A stretch of 64,000 nt of DNA from Haliotis rubra. Taxonomy: Eukaryota. Shown piece after piece: positions 23,948 through 37,600 of this stretch; the stretch's first letter is position 1, and each line of letters starts with the position of its first letter. The position numbers and the translations under genes are program-made. Under the pieces are notes generated by a model. The model was not told where the DNA came from and did no database searches. It saw nothing but the letters and a program-made list of their open reading frames with translations. Location of the stretch: contig NW_025767078.1 in the NCBI RefSeq assembly GCF_003918875.1, positions 682,001 through 746,000 on the forward strand, given 5' to 3'.

Positions 23948-24919
23948 TTAAAGAATATGTTCTAAACATATTGTGAATGAACCAGAAACCATCGTTAACA
24001 TCAGATGTGTCAAGTTAAACTTGACTACAAGAGAACAAATATACATATAGCTTTGCACATTAAATTATGTATGGAACGAATATCACTTTACTACTTTTAA
24101 GTCCCGAGAATATGTATTTTTCCACGAAATTAGGTGCAAAACTACACCATTCGCCATATGCATTTCACGAATTTACAAAATATGATAACATGTGAGCGGA
24201 TGCTTGGTGCTTTAAACAGTATTTCTATAATTTCAGGTTAATGTTGCAAAGGTGAAGTGAAGTCATTGGAAATTGAAAACTTGTTTGAATCCAGGACCGC
24301 TGTCCATAAGAATGAGGCAGCTTTTATTCCCCACAAAACATGGAAGTCAAAGAAAATGTCACAAATGGCATAAACAGAATCACAAAATGTTCATTTAACC
24401 AATAAATATATACATCCCACAAAGTACAAGTTTCCTACATTACCAAAACCACTTTCTGTCTCGAAACGGTATTTTCTTCGTGATAATGGGAGTTAATCTT
24501 AGAATCTGGCGCGAGTTCTAAACGACGGTTCTGTTTGGGCGAGCGGTCTCAAGAGAAAACAAGAACAGCTGAGTGGCATCCTATTCAGCGCGGACGAACT
24601 TAAATGAAAAATACAAATCATGAAAAAAGCGGCACTGGCACTACCTAGTGTTATAACTCTTGCTATAATGAGCAAGGGGAATAACATGATCTATAAAAAT
24701 CTACATTTTACGAACCACAACATTTAAATGCATATTATTACAACCATACATCGATAGTGTAAAATCAGACATGTTAAAAAAATATAAGGCGAAGACGGTG
24801 CTAAATATCGTTAACTCTCCCATCCCCAAAATAAGTGTAATTTTAATGAGAAAGTAATCCTCTTTTTAAATTCAAAGTCACGAATTCATTTACACAGAAT
24901 ATAAAACCTATCCATATTG

Positions 24920-25170
24920 TACCTCACCCATCAAGTCCACCACGTCCATCTACCATTCACCCATTAGGTCCACCTTATCCAGCCATCTATCCATCAAGTC
25001 CACCTTATCCATCCATCAAGTCCACCTGATCCATCCACCCATTAGGTCCACCTTATCCATCCATCCATCAACTGCACCCTATCCATCCACTCTCAAGTCC
25101 ACCCGATACACTTGATTCATCCGCCCATCACGTCCACCTCGTCTAACCGACCATCAAGTCTCTCCATCCA
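24920..25170. repeat. Degenerate C-rich tandem repeat (ccatcaagtccaccttatccat-like)
   Basis: Visible imperfect periodicity. Confidence 0.7.
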
Positions 25171-25913
25171 GTTAATGACCCTCGAAGATCCGGGTTAGAA
25201 TTAATCCTCAGCAACCCATTCTGGTGGTATGAGTCGACTAACGGGATCGGGTGGTCAGCCTCGCTGACTTGGTTGACACATGTCATCGGTTCCCAATAGC
25301 GTAGATCGATGCTCATGATATTGATGACTGGATTGTCTGGTCCAGACTCGATTATTTCCAGATGGCCGCCATATAGCTGGGATATAGCTGAGTGCGGCGT
25401 AAAACAACCAACCAACCAACCAACCAACCATCCAGTTCGTTCACCTAGCTCATCCACCCAACTGAACTCTCCCTTTTATCTTGTTATGGCATCATATATA
25501 TATCCCCAAACACACCCCGTTATACCGCCAATAACGTCTCCGCAACATACATTGCTATGAGAACGACAGGACGGATAAGTCTACGCTAGGTGGTGATCCA
25601 CATAATTTCATTATAGCCAGTCCACATCGTACTGGCGTGCTTCGGTGTAAGGCCACTGCCTGAAACCCTGGCATTATAACGAGGTATGATCGTTGGTCAC
25701 GCCTCATCTCAAGCTTTTTTAAACTGAACACACCTGGTGGTTGAAGTCCGTGCATATTGTAAGGCTGTAGATTAGAATGGATTGTCATGTTTCACGAAAC
25801 ACAAAAAGATGACGGGTCATATTATCATATTACTGAGTCAGCGATATGTAGCTGTGTCTCTGTCAATGAACATCGGTGACACACCCTTCTGCGTGAAGAT
25901 CCAACACATATCC

Positions 25914-25984
25914 TCAGTCAAAGTTGTCGTCTTTGTCTACAGGAAGGACTAATAACAACCTCTGTATCAACCTCGTAAAAGAAT
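25914..25984 (-). CDS. SLC7 last coding exon ([22 protein letters not shown])
   Basis: ttttcag| acceptor; T..Q.L..V motif typical of LAT C-termini; TGA at 25916-25914. Confidence 0.9.
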
Positions 25985-28565
25985 CTGAAAAAGATTTTAA
26001 AAATTAAACACAACACTGACCATAAATAACCTTACAAAAAAATCCACAATATTTGGTGGAGTCATATCTAATGACTTAAGCTTTCGCTCGTCACGTAGAC
26101 TAATGCTTAGTCCCTGAATATATACATATATATATATATATATATAATATTGATAGTAACAAATACACCCATTTAAACTGAAAAGGTACTTCAGTGAGTT
26201 GGAAGGTTGAGAGGAACCTGAGGAAATCTAGACTTGCATCATTTAGGGCTTTAGCATTGCAGGGAGAGCTAGGCAGTAGGGGAAATAATGTGGTTCAGGG
26301 ACTGTGAGTGAGTTTAGTTTTACGCCACACTCAGCAATATTCCAGCTATATGGCGGCGGTCTGGAAATATTCGAGTCTGGACCAAACAATCCAGTAATCA
26401 ACAGCTTGATCATCGATCTGCGCATTTGGAATACGATGACATGTGTCAACCAAGCCAGCAAGCCCGACCACCCGATCCCGTTAGTCGCCTCTTACGAGAA
26501 GGATAGGCTGCTAAAGACCAGTTCTGGACCGGATCTTCACGGGCTTAGCATCATACCTTGAGCTTCAAAAACTCAGGTTTGGTGATATTGCTGGAATATT
26601 GCTAAAATCGGCGTTAACCCAACTCACTCACTCACTCACAGCAGTGAGTTTATTGTGGAGTTATTTTACCCTTGAATTCCCTCAGCGACCAACTGTAACA
26701 CAGTGACAGAGTCATGACCCACAAATAGTACGAACTATTAAAAACATCTGCAACGCTCTAATGAATTTAAACACAATTAATACGACTTTTAATATAAATT
26801 GATGAAATAATTTCAAAACATTTGTGACATTTAAATGACGTTTTCAATTCTCAATTGAATCGAAGATGGCGGACAAACAGAAGGTGAGGTGAAATTGGGG
26901 TTAACGTCGTGCTTGAGAATATTTCGCTCATATGACGACGAGCATGCGTGAGCATGTGTATGTGCGGCTGCTTGTACTAGCCCAGACTGAAGCTGGTTTT
27001 ATAGTGCTAGCCCACTGAGATACCATGCCGCAGTGAAGCATGAATACCCCACTCAGACACATTATACTGACTCCGAGCCGACCAGTCCTTGATGTACCCA
27101 TTAATGCCGAGCGCCAGGCAGGGACCAACAAGTACCATATTTTAACGTCTTTTGGTACGACGCGGTCGGGGATCGAACCCGCGACCTTCCGCTCTTCGGG
27201 CGGACGCTCTAACCACTACACCACGGAGGCGGTCCGGACCACAGGGGCATGTCACGCATAGAAACAGAGTTAGAAAGACATATAGGTATATAGACCCTAC
27301 CCTAGTACTATATTATATAGTACTAGGGTAGGCTCTATATATAGTACTAGGGTAGGCTCTATATACCTATATGTCTTTCTAACGCTGTTTCTAAGCGTGA
27401 CACGCCCCTGTGGTCCGGACAAACAGAAGCATCGCGATTCAACTATGGATATAGTGAACTATTCATATAAGGAATTGCTTTCGTGGTCTTTTGGATTTCG
27501 TTATTTCAGAGGTCTACAGTACCAGTTCCAGTAAAACCTTACCTAATTTGTGCTTGACTGACGTGGGTTTGGACCAGACAGTTCCGACTACATACACCGG
27601 AACTCCTAACAGCATCAACAGAAGAGCGACTCCGCTTTCATGGGGCTTCTGGTATATCGTTAATATGAAAATGAGCAGACTGACTATGAAGAGAAAACTA
27701 GGTACGACCACCGGTAGCTGAAACAGGAGAAAACACCAGTCAGTGGGAGAGTACTCTTTAATTCCATGTACCACAGAACGGAAATATATCCCGTTATTTG
27801 ATATTTAAATTTTAAGAAAGTTGGCAGTTATTCGCAATTTGAGTTGTGATGTCTCTCTTGTTAATTTCTGGAGCTAATTTGTTTTCGCTCATATCTCAAA
27901 TTTTTGTGTGACTGTTTAATAGTGAGTGAGTATGTTTTTACGCCGCTTTAAGCAATATTCCAGCAACATCACGGCGGGGGGACACCAGAAATAGGCTTTA
28001 CACATTGTGCCCATGTGGGGAATCGAACCCGGGCCTTCGGTGTGACGAGCGAACGCTTTAACCATTAGGCTCCGCCCCTGATTGTTTAGTAACCGAGGCA
28101 ATATTGTTGTTACCCATGTTGAGGAAAGGCTATGTACTTATTGCCAAGCAAATGGAGAATTTGCTTTAAAAGCATGAATTATGAATTTTAATTTATAACA
28201 TGAATTATGAATGTCCACCCCAACACCCCCTCTCAAAAAAATGAATATATTATGGCATGGGTATATATATATATATGTACCTATTTACAGGGATACAAAA
28301 CACACACACACACAGACCCGTGAAGGTCCGGGTTAGAATATTGATCCTCAGTAACCCATGCTTGTCGTAAGAGGCGACTAACGGGATCGGGTGGTCAGGC
28401 TGCTGACTTGGTTGACACATGTCATCGGTTCCCCATTGCGCAGATCGATGTTCATGCTGTTGATTACTGGATTGTCTGGCCCAGACTCGAATTTTTCCAG
28501 ACCGCCGCCATATAGCTGGAATATTGCTGGGTGCGGCGTAAAACTAAACTCACTCACTCACTTAA

Positions 28566-28606
<41 letters not shown>

Positions 28607-31600
28607 CCCTGTACATATGTATGTGTGCCTTTATAGTGAAATTCAACTCTTTGGCTCTTTCTGTCTATAACATTGTCCCGCCATATAGCTGGAATATTGC
28701 TGAGTGCGGCGTAAAACTAAACTCACTCACTCACTATAACATTGTCGTCTACATCGGAAGGATCTGGATCTTAAATAAACGAGGCACATACACCAAATGA
28801 CAATGATGACGTTAATACCTTTATAGGGCGGGGCAAGTCTGGCTCCTTCCATCTGAGGTAAACCTGACCAGCCAGAACTGCACACAACACCGTCGCAAAG
28901 CTAAATCCCATCATCTCGATGAGGTAGAATATTTCCTCAAAACACTGCATAATGAGAGTCAGGATGAGCTGGAAGGGAAACCAAATAATGAAAGAACGAG
29001 ATAAAAGAAACATCCTCTCATGGGGAGAAACTTTAGACAGGTGCTGGAAAAAAATAATTCACCGTCCATCATGCAAACAAAATCAATTCGTCATTGAAAA
29101 ATAATATGTTACTTAAAAGTGGTAAATGATATGAAAAAGGTTCGCAACACATTTGGGCGGTGGGTAAAGCGTTAACTCGTCACGCCGTCACATGGGTTCA
29201 ATGTGTGAAACCCATTTCTAGTGTCCCCCGCCGTGATATTGCTGGAGTATTGGTGAAAGAAGTATAAAAGCTAACTCAGTCACTTACAATACACTTATTT
29301 ACTTCTGTTCATGTATTCGCTTTGATTAAACCCCGTTCATGCGATCATAAATGTGGAGTTGACTTTTACGATTACTGAGTGTGGTTCCAAGCGTTTTGGG
29401 ACGGTTATTTCATAACAGTGTCCTTGACCATAACGCCAGTTACGCCAAGAAAGGTCGACAGACATTGCTTGATACTATGTATTGTACGTAATGTCCATAC
29501 AGTCGTTACGATTAAGACCGTAAATTGGACTTAACGTTACGACGTAACAAAAACGTGAAGATCCGATACAGAATCAGTCCTCACTTATCGAAAGAGGAGA
29601 CTATTCGGATCGGGTGGTCAGACTCGCTGGTTTGGCTCATCTATGTCGTCTCTAAATTGCATATATAGATCGATGTTCTAGGTAAATCACTGGATTGTCA
29701 GGCTTGGTTATTTACAAACCAACTGCACATTGCTGAAACACTGGTACAGTTCTCTACACTGTTATTTCACAGAACCCTTACATTGCCTCCAAGGACTCTT
29801 TAAATTGATAATTGGGGTCCCCGGGACATGCAATGGTGACATATTGTAGTACAGCAGAAGACTCCAAACATTTTCACACATGTTAAATTTTTATACTCCT
29901 ATGAGTGGCGTGACAACATTATATCCAATTAGATATAGCAACCGTTGGGATATATTATTTCGGATTATTGATAAGGAACTGGAGAAATAGTTTTGGCACG
30001 GGATCTGTACAATGTCGATCCACAAACTACAAACTGGACAAACTACTGGGATAATTCTTACCATTCCTAATCATTTGCAGTGAAGGCACCAAACATCAGT
30101 TTCTAAAGAGGCAACAGAAGCCTTTCACAAGTGTAGGCCACGTTGGAGACATGTCCGTCCCATACACATCATTTCCCATACATCTGCGGCTGAGGTCTTG
30201 ACCCGAAATTTAAACTTGGATTTGGGCGAAACATGTCAAAGCTTTTGACTTGTCCATTTTGACGTTGTGTGGGATGCTAGTATATGACTGTAGTTTGCCG
30301 TCCCGTCATGGAGTGTTATGACAAACCAGGCAGACATGAAACAAACGCTTCAACAAACTTCATCCACATTTCGGACGCAACACAAGCTTAGCGCTTGTAG
30401 CCATCAGCAGGGAGAATAGATTATCCCTGCCATCAGGCAGCGGCCAAAATCAATGGCACAATTGTGTATCCAGTCATAGGTGCGCATGCGTCAGGGGTTA
30501 TTATCACACAGTTCACCGTCACAACTTAAAAATATATTACCGTTTAAATGATGAAAACAAGTCTATCTGAAAGCAACGAAATGTTATACTCACAATAACT
30601 ATTAAGGATGGCGCCGGTGTTAGATGGTTCACTGTGATCATTGATATTAAACTTGGCAAGTGATTGTTTTTAGCACCAGCGAAAAACAACCTAAAACAGA
30701 AACAAAAGTGTGTCTCTTTAAGGCTGGACAGTCCTGGAGCCAAGATGTAAAGCTCGGCACAAGTATGGTAGTTAAGGCCAGATGTCGTGAGAGGGAGTGA
30801 GTTGAAGTGAGTGGGTTCGAGTTTGTCTGAGAGCAGGGTTCAATTTGTCGGAGAGAGGGGATGATGTTGAGTTTTGTTTGTTTGTTTAACGATTCACTCA
30901 GCAATATTCAAGCTAGTAGGCGGCGGTCTGTAATTAATCTGGACCAGACAAACCAGTGATCAACAGCATGAGCATCGATCCACGCAGCTGGGATACGACG
31001 ACATGTGTTAACCAAGTCACATGATCCCGTTAGTCGCCTCTTATGACAAGCATGGGTTGCTGAAGATCAATTCTAACCTGGATCCTCACGGGTGATTGAT
31101 TGGTGGAAAGCTGGGCTGCTTAGTGGGCAGTCGGGTTGTTTATTGGTGAGTGTCGGGGTTCAGACTGTGGCTTAGGATGGTTGAGTTTGACGGAGAGTGG
31201 GGTTGAGTGTGACGTAGAATGGGGTTGAAATTCTGAGTTGAGATTGCTAATGAGATGAGGTGAGCGTGACGGAAAGTGGGGTTGAAGTTGACAAGTTGTC
31301 GATGTCGTTGGGAGTGAGGTAGACTAAGGCTTAGTCTCTGAATATATATAAATTTGATAGTAACAAACAAGCCCATTTATATTGAAAAGGAGCCCTAGGG
31401 AGACCAGAGATTCAGAACCTGCGGAAATCTAGACTTGCTTTATTTAGGGCTTTAGCACTGCAAAGAGGGCTTCTCAGTATGGAAATTAATGTGGTTCAGG
31501 GACTGTGAGACAGACTAGGGAGTGAGGTTGCTTGGTTGTGGTGGGAAGCGGGGTTTTAGATTGTCGCAGTGGGGATGCGTTTGGCGGAGACTTGGTTTAA

Positions 31601-34600
31601 ATTTAGCTGAGATCAAACTTCTGTTTGGCAGAGAGTAGGCTGAGACTGCATGAGAGGGGCTTTGCGTTTGGTTGAGAGAGGGTTTGCGTTTGGCTGAGAG
31701 AGGTTTTGCGTTTGGTTGAGAGAGGGTTTGCATTTGGTTGAGAGAGGGTTTGCGTTTGGTTGAAAGAGGGTTTGCGTTCGACGGATGGTTGGATCGAGGT
31801 TGTCCTTCCGTTACCTGGACATGGAGAGACAAGATCCGTTCATGGCTCCGATCACAGACACGGCTATCAGCACAGGCATAATCCACTGCAGGACAGGCAC
31901 GGTGACGGCGGAGAACGTCTGAAAACATTCACCAAAACACAACCATGAATGCATAACGCGGTCACATACATACACGACAGGCATATAAAGTTTATCCCTG
32001 GTAAATACTGTCAGTAAACAAACTAAACGATATACCCAGTTCGGGTTAGACCGCGGTCTATTTATTATATCTATTCCATGTGCAGAGTTGTGTCCCTTTG
32101 GGACGCCAGAAACCTATGATCCTGAATTGTCCCGATTACGTTATTAGGTTTGTCAGTACTATTGTGAGTTTCTTGCAGCTGATGAAGTCTCAGAACTGCA
32201 TCAGTTCGGATTTTCCGCACACATCACACTGAAACGCCGTGATATGACTGGAAAACTGGTCACGGAGTCACGCACACACTCACATGCACCCAAATAGGGT
32301 AAGTTGGTGAACGTTGTACCGTACACATGAAGAGTAAAATTCAACATTTGATTGCACGTTGAACATCTACTTCATTTTCCACTTTTGTTCACAATAGTAC
32401 CTAAAAACAAAAAGAAGAAAATGAAGAAAGAGAAATCGGGTTCGACCCCAATATTCTATTGTTCCCTCCCTCAGCCACTGGTAGGGGCATTTGGGTAGCC
32501 AAGTGGTTAAAGCGTTCGCTCGTCACGCCAAAGACCCTGGTTCGATTAACCACATTGGTACAATGTGTGAAGCCATTTTCGGGTGTCCCCCGCCGTGATA
32601 TTGCTTGAACAATGCTTAAAGCGGCGTAAAACTAAACGAAACGTACTCACTCATTCATCCACTGGTTTGCCTGTCCCCATACCCGATTATGTACAAGCAG
32701 CCGTGATATAGCTGGACAACAGCGTGAAAGAACATACTTACGACAGCGACAGCAGTAGAGTCGAGTATCTCCGCCGGTGACAATACAGCGAAGTATGCAA
32801 TGTTGGCGGTGATGTAGACGCTGGTGACAATCGCCATGGAGATGACAATAGCTCGCGGAACATTGCTGCAAATAATTAACAAATTTATGTCTGATTTCTC
32901 ATTTGTGAAAATAGTGGTAGTGGCTTGGTGCAAGGACTTCGAAAACCTTTAGCAATTCATTAGAATTATTCTTTCCAGCTACACCTGGTAACGTCAAAAC
33001 TGTGTGGCTTCAAGTATGACTGACTGACTGAGTTTGGTTTTACGCCACTTTTAGCAATATTCCAGCAACATCATGGCGGGGACACCAGAAATGGGCTTCA
33101 CACATTGTACCCATGTGGGGATTCGAACCCCGGTTTTCGGCGTGACGAGCCAACGCTTTAACCACTAGGCTACCCCACCGCCCCTTCAAGTATGACGTTA
33201 TTTCAAAGATTGGTTAGCATATACAATGTATTAAAGCCGTTGCTTTCATCTGTCTGTTGTTAATCTGCCATGCGGCGATCAGTCTAAGTAAACTTAGCCT
33301 TAATATTATTCGTTACACTGCTATACTGAGTCTAACAAACCCTAGTAGAAGGTCGTGTCAGCTAACCTTTGAGCGACCTATGACCGTCCAAGCAAACGAG
33401 AACGGATTTAACCCATCAGACAACGACTACTTGTTAGGGCTCGGCGGGACTTACAAAACGTTTTTTGGGATTTACTCTTCCCTGGTCGCTGGCACTGATC
33501 TCTCAATAAACGAAAATTCGCATAAAACACAGGTATATTTGGCCTGTAGTGTTGACTGCATGGTTACTATAAGCTTCTGTTTCCGCAAGATGACATCCTT
33601 GAATATTGACCAAAACGCTATTTTCAGCGACTGTTTACTCATTGCGTCCTCCATGTGTATCACTCGGAAGCGATCGTGCTGAAAATAGCATTCGGAATCG
33701 TTCGAGTTTTTAGGTAAAGGTTAAAATGGTATGTGCGAATGTTAACTTTCGCGATTTTGGTCAGCTGTGTTCTGATTGGTCAGTCCAAGAGGTTATCTCG
33801 CGACCTTCTACTAGGGCGTGTTAGACTCAGTATAGCCGTGTAACGAATAATACTGAGCCTAAGTTTACTCAGACTGTTGCGCGACAGAACCAATGACAGA
33901 TTATCTATGTCTATATATAGGAACATATAGCTTCTTTTATGTGACCACGTAACCTGCTAATCATATCACAAAAATCGATTAGATTTACAACAGACGTCTT
34001 TGTCACTGCCAATTATCTCTAAAATAGTTTTGAGGTAAACCCTATCCCCGGGATTTATGCATGGGTTTATGTGATGCTGGAAGTCGTCACTTCTTTCCAA
34101 AACCTTCATCTCACAATAATAATGGAGGTAATTTTAGGAGACGGGAGTGTCCTATTCCAGATTAAAAGATGCTAAAATAGAATAACTACAGACATATGAA
34201 GAATCCAATATTCTTAAAGATATTATAAGAAGAATGTGATTACAATGTATTAATGTCAGATCGAACTTTATTACCTTGAACTATTGTTATAGTCGATGCG
34301 TATAATATTAGCACTCGAATCCAATGTACTTTCATCAGTTTAAGGAAACGAAGGTTTATCATACATCCAGAAATCACGTGGCACACCTACCGATGAGGAT
34401 CTATCACTTCGTCGCACAGGAAGTTCAAGTAGTTCCTGAAATATAAATCAAATGTAGGTTGTAGGAATATCAATGAGTGAGTGAGTTCGGGTTTAAGCTG
34501 CCTTTAGCAATATTACCGCAATATCACGACGGGGGACACCAGAAATGCGCTTCACGCCTTGTACCCATGCGGGAAATCGAACCCGTAAATTCGGCGCCAC

Positions 34601-37600
34601 AAGCGAACGCTTTAACCATTAGGCTACCCTACCGCCCATAATTATATCAAACCAGGTTATAGTGCTGAATAGTGCAACTGCACCGTGACGGTATCAAAAG
34701 GCAGGTACACTCGACTGGGGTATGTCAATTCTTCAAATGAAATATAAAAGTATGAATATAATTCATGATTACATTTATGCTAACTTGGTATTATGTAAAT
34801 ATAAGTACGTATGTTGCATTACGCATACGGGTATCTATTATATTGTATCTGTAAGTATCTAGTATTATGTCCATAAGTATCTAGTATTATATCTATACGT
34901 ATCTAGTATTATATCAATTAGAATGTAGTATTTTGTAAATATATTTCTAGTATTATGTGAATACTTATCGAGCATTATGCAAATACTTATATAGTTCTTT
35001 GAGTGTTACTTATACGGTGTTATGTAACTATGTATCTAGTATTATGTAAATACTCATCTAGTATTATGTAAATACTTGTCTAGTGTTATATACTCATCTA
35101 GTATTATGTAAATACTTTTCTAGTGTTATATAAATACTCATCTAGTATTATGTAAATACTTGTCTAGTGTTATATAAATACTCATCTAGTATTATGTAAA
35201 TACTTTTCTAGTGTTATATAAATACTCATCTAGTATTATGTAAATACGTACCAGCCCCCGAAGGCCCAGAATCCGGAGTAGAAGCCGACAGCAATGGCCC
35301 CGGCGCTATAATCGCTGTCCTCAAACGAGTTCTCAAACTGTTCGGTCTCACCTAAAAACAAGCAGCATTGGAAAACAGATAAGTTGTCGCTTGCCAGGGA
35401 GTGAGTGAGTGAGTGAGTATGGTTTTACGCCGCTCTTTAGCAATTTCCCAGCAACATCACGGCGGGGGACACCAGAAATGGGCTTCACACATTGTACCCA
35501 TGTGGGGAATCGAACCCGGGTCTTCGGCGTGACGAGCGAACGCTTTAACCACTAGGCTACCCCACCGCCCCCGCTTGCCAAGGACGATAGGACATAACAT
35601 TTCTAAAATGTTAATTTCCCCTACAGCATTGAAAGTATAGTGAGTGAGTGAGTGAGTGAGTGAACTGGGATTCGACCTCAGGAGTGTACCAGTTCTGTTT
35701 AATGTGGGAGGAAATCCCGAAGTGATGGAAGTCTCAAGTTACAGATACCATATGCCATTTTAATGGTCAACAAAATGTTTGTGCTTCCGGGTATCCATAA
35801 ACGTTGTTAAACGTCACGACACTTTTCAGGGCACATTGGAACCATGTTGGGAATCGAACTGGGGACATCGATATGATGAACTAAATCTACATCATCAACC
35901 ATCAGTTCAAAGCGATCCACTTTTCTCTGCGTTTGAAAGTAAACGGGTTCATTGAAGATTCAGTATATATATTCTCCATCTATACTCACCCTTGCCAAGC
36001 CAAATGAATCCGATGATAATGATGATGAGGAGAGCGATGAGTTTGCTGCCGGTGATGACAGCCTGTACTTTGGTGGCCCATTTCACGTTCATGCAATTCA
36101 ACGCGATCAACAGGACTGAAAAGACAATGTATAAGTAAGTACGATTTATATGCCGCCTTTAGCAATATTCCAGCATTATCTCCGCAGGATACCAGTATTG
36201 GACTTCACAGATTGTACCCATAAGGAGAATCGAACCCGGGTCTTCGGCGTGACGAACGGATGCTTTAACCATCAGGCTACCCCACCGCCCCACGTTTGAG
36301 ATGAACAAAAAGGTAGTACGTGTGGTCAAACGCCGCTTTATACAGTAATGTAGTCACATAATGATGAGTCTACTCTAGCGTTAGAACAGGTGAGGTGAGG
36401 TGGAATTGGGTTAAACGTCGTGCTTGAGAATATTTCGCTCACATGACGACGTGCATGCGTGTGTATGTGTATGTGCGGCTGCCTGTACTAGCCCAGACTT
36501 AAGCTGGTTTTATAGTGCTAGCCCAGACTTAAGCTGGTTTTATAGTGCTAGCCCACTGAGATACCATGCCGCAGTGAAGCATAAATACCCCACTCAGACA
36601 CATTATACTGACTCCGAGCCGACCAGTCCTTGTTGTACCCATTAATGCCGAGCGCCAGGCAGGGACCAACAAGTACCATATTTTAACGTGTTTTGGTATG
36701 ACGCGGTCGGGGATCGAACTCGCGACCTTCCGCTCTCCGGGCGGACGCTCTAACCACTACACCACGGAGGCGGTCCGTTAGAACCGTATAGAAGGTAGGT
36801 GTTTATCACTGTAATGACACTGATGAGAACGTGACCTCGAGAACGACCCTTCTGTTAATCCTTCTGTTACCCAAATGCACCGCTGTAAACATATACATTT
36901 AGAATATTGTCAGACATAGCTACATGTATATCTATTGTTCTGTGTTCACTCCTCACAGCGTTACCTCTCGTGGTGCTCGCTGTGTGCTGTCAAAGCTCCA
37001 AACTGTGCTCAACGGCCTGCAACCGTGTATGGAGTTAAACTCGTAATTGACGGACATCTATGCTTGCAAACAGGCAGCACATTTCCATCTCAACTGTTTT
37101 GACTGTTTGTCAAATTGATTTTCTATTTCATTTCACGATGATAACGAAGGTGCTAATCAATCTGATGGAACTATTCCGTGAACGGGACGTAGCCTTTACT
37201 GTAACGTCTGCCACACTGATATGGTGGTCTGTATATACCGTATTTCTTCTAATAAGCGCCCCCGACGCTCAACAGACCCAGCAACTTATTAGAGGCCCGG
37301 CGCTTATTAGAGATCCGGCGCTTATTAAAATACCCTGTATTTTTAAAAGCGGGGGTGAATATTTTTAGACCAAGGGAGAATACATTTGCGAAAAACTGCA
37401 AAGGTCTATACCCGGCGCTTATTAGAGACCCGGCGCTTATTTCTGAAAGCACTGCTTTACCCCCGGCGGTTATTAGAGGCTCGGCGCTTAATAGAGGAAA
37501 TACGGTACTTGACTTCTGATATAAGCAACCGGATTGTACTGAGCGGTATATATTTATATTATGTAACCGAGATTTTATATAACCGACAGGATACATGTGA

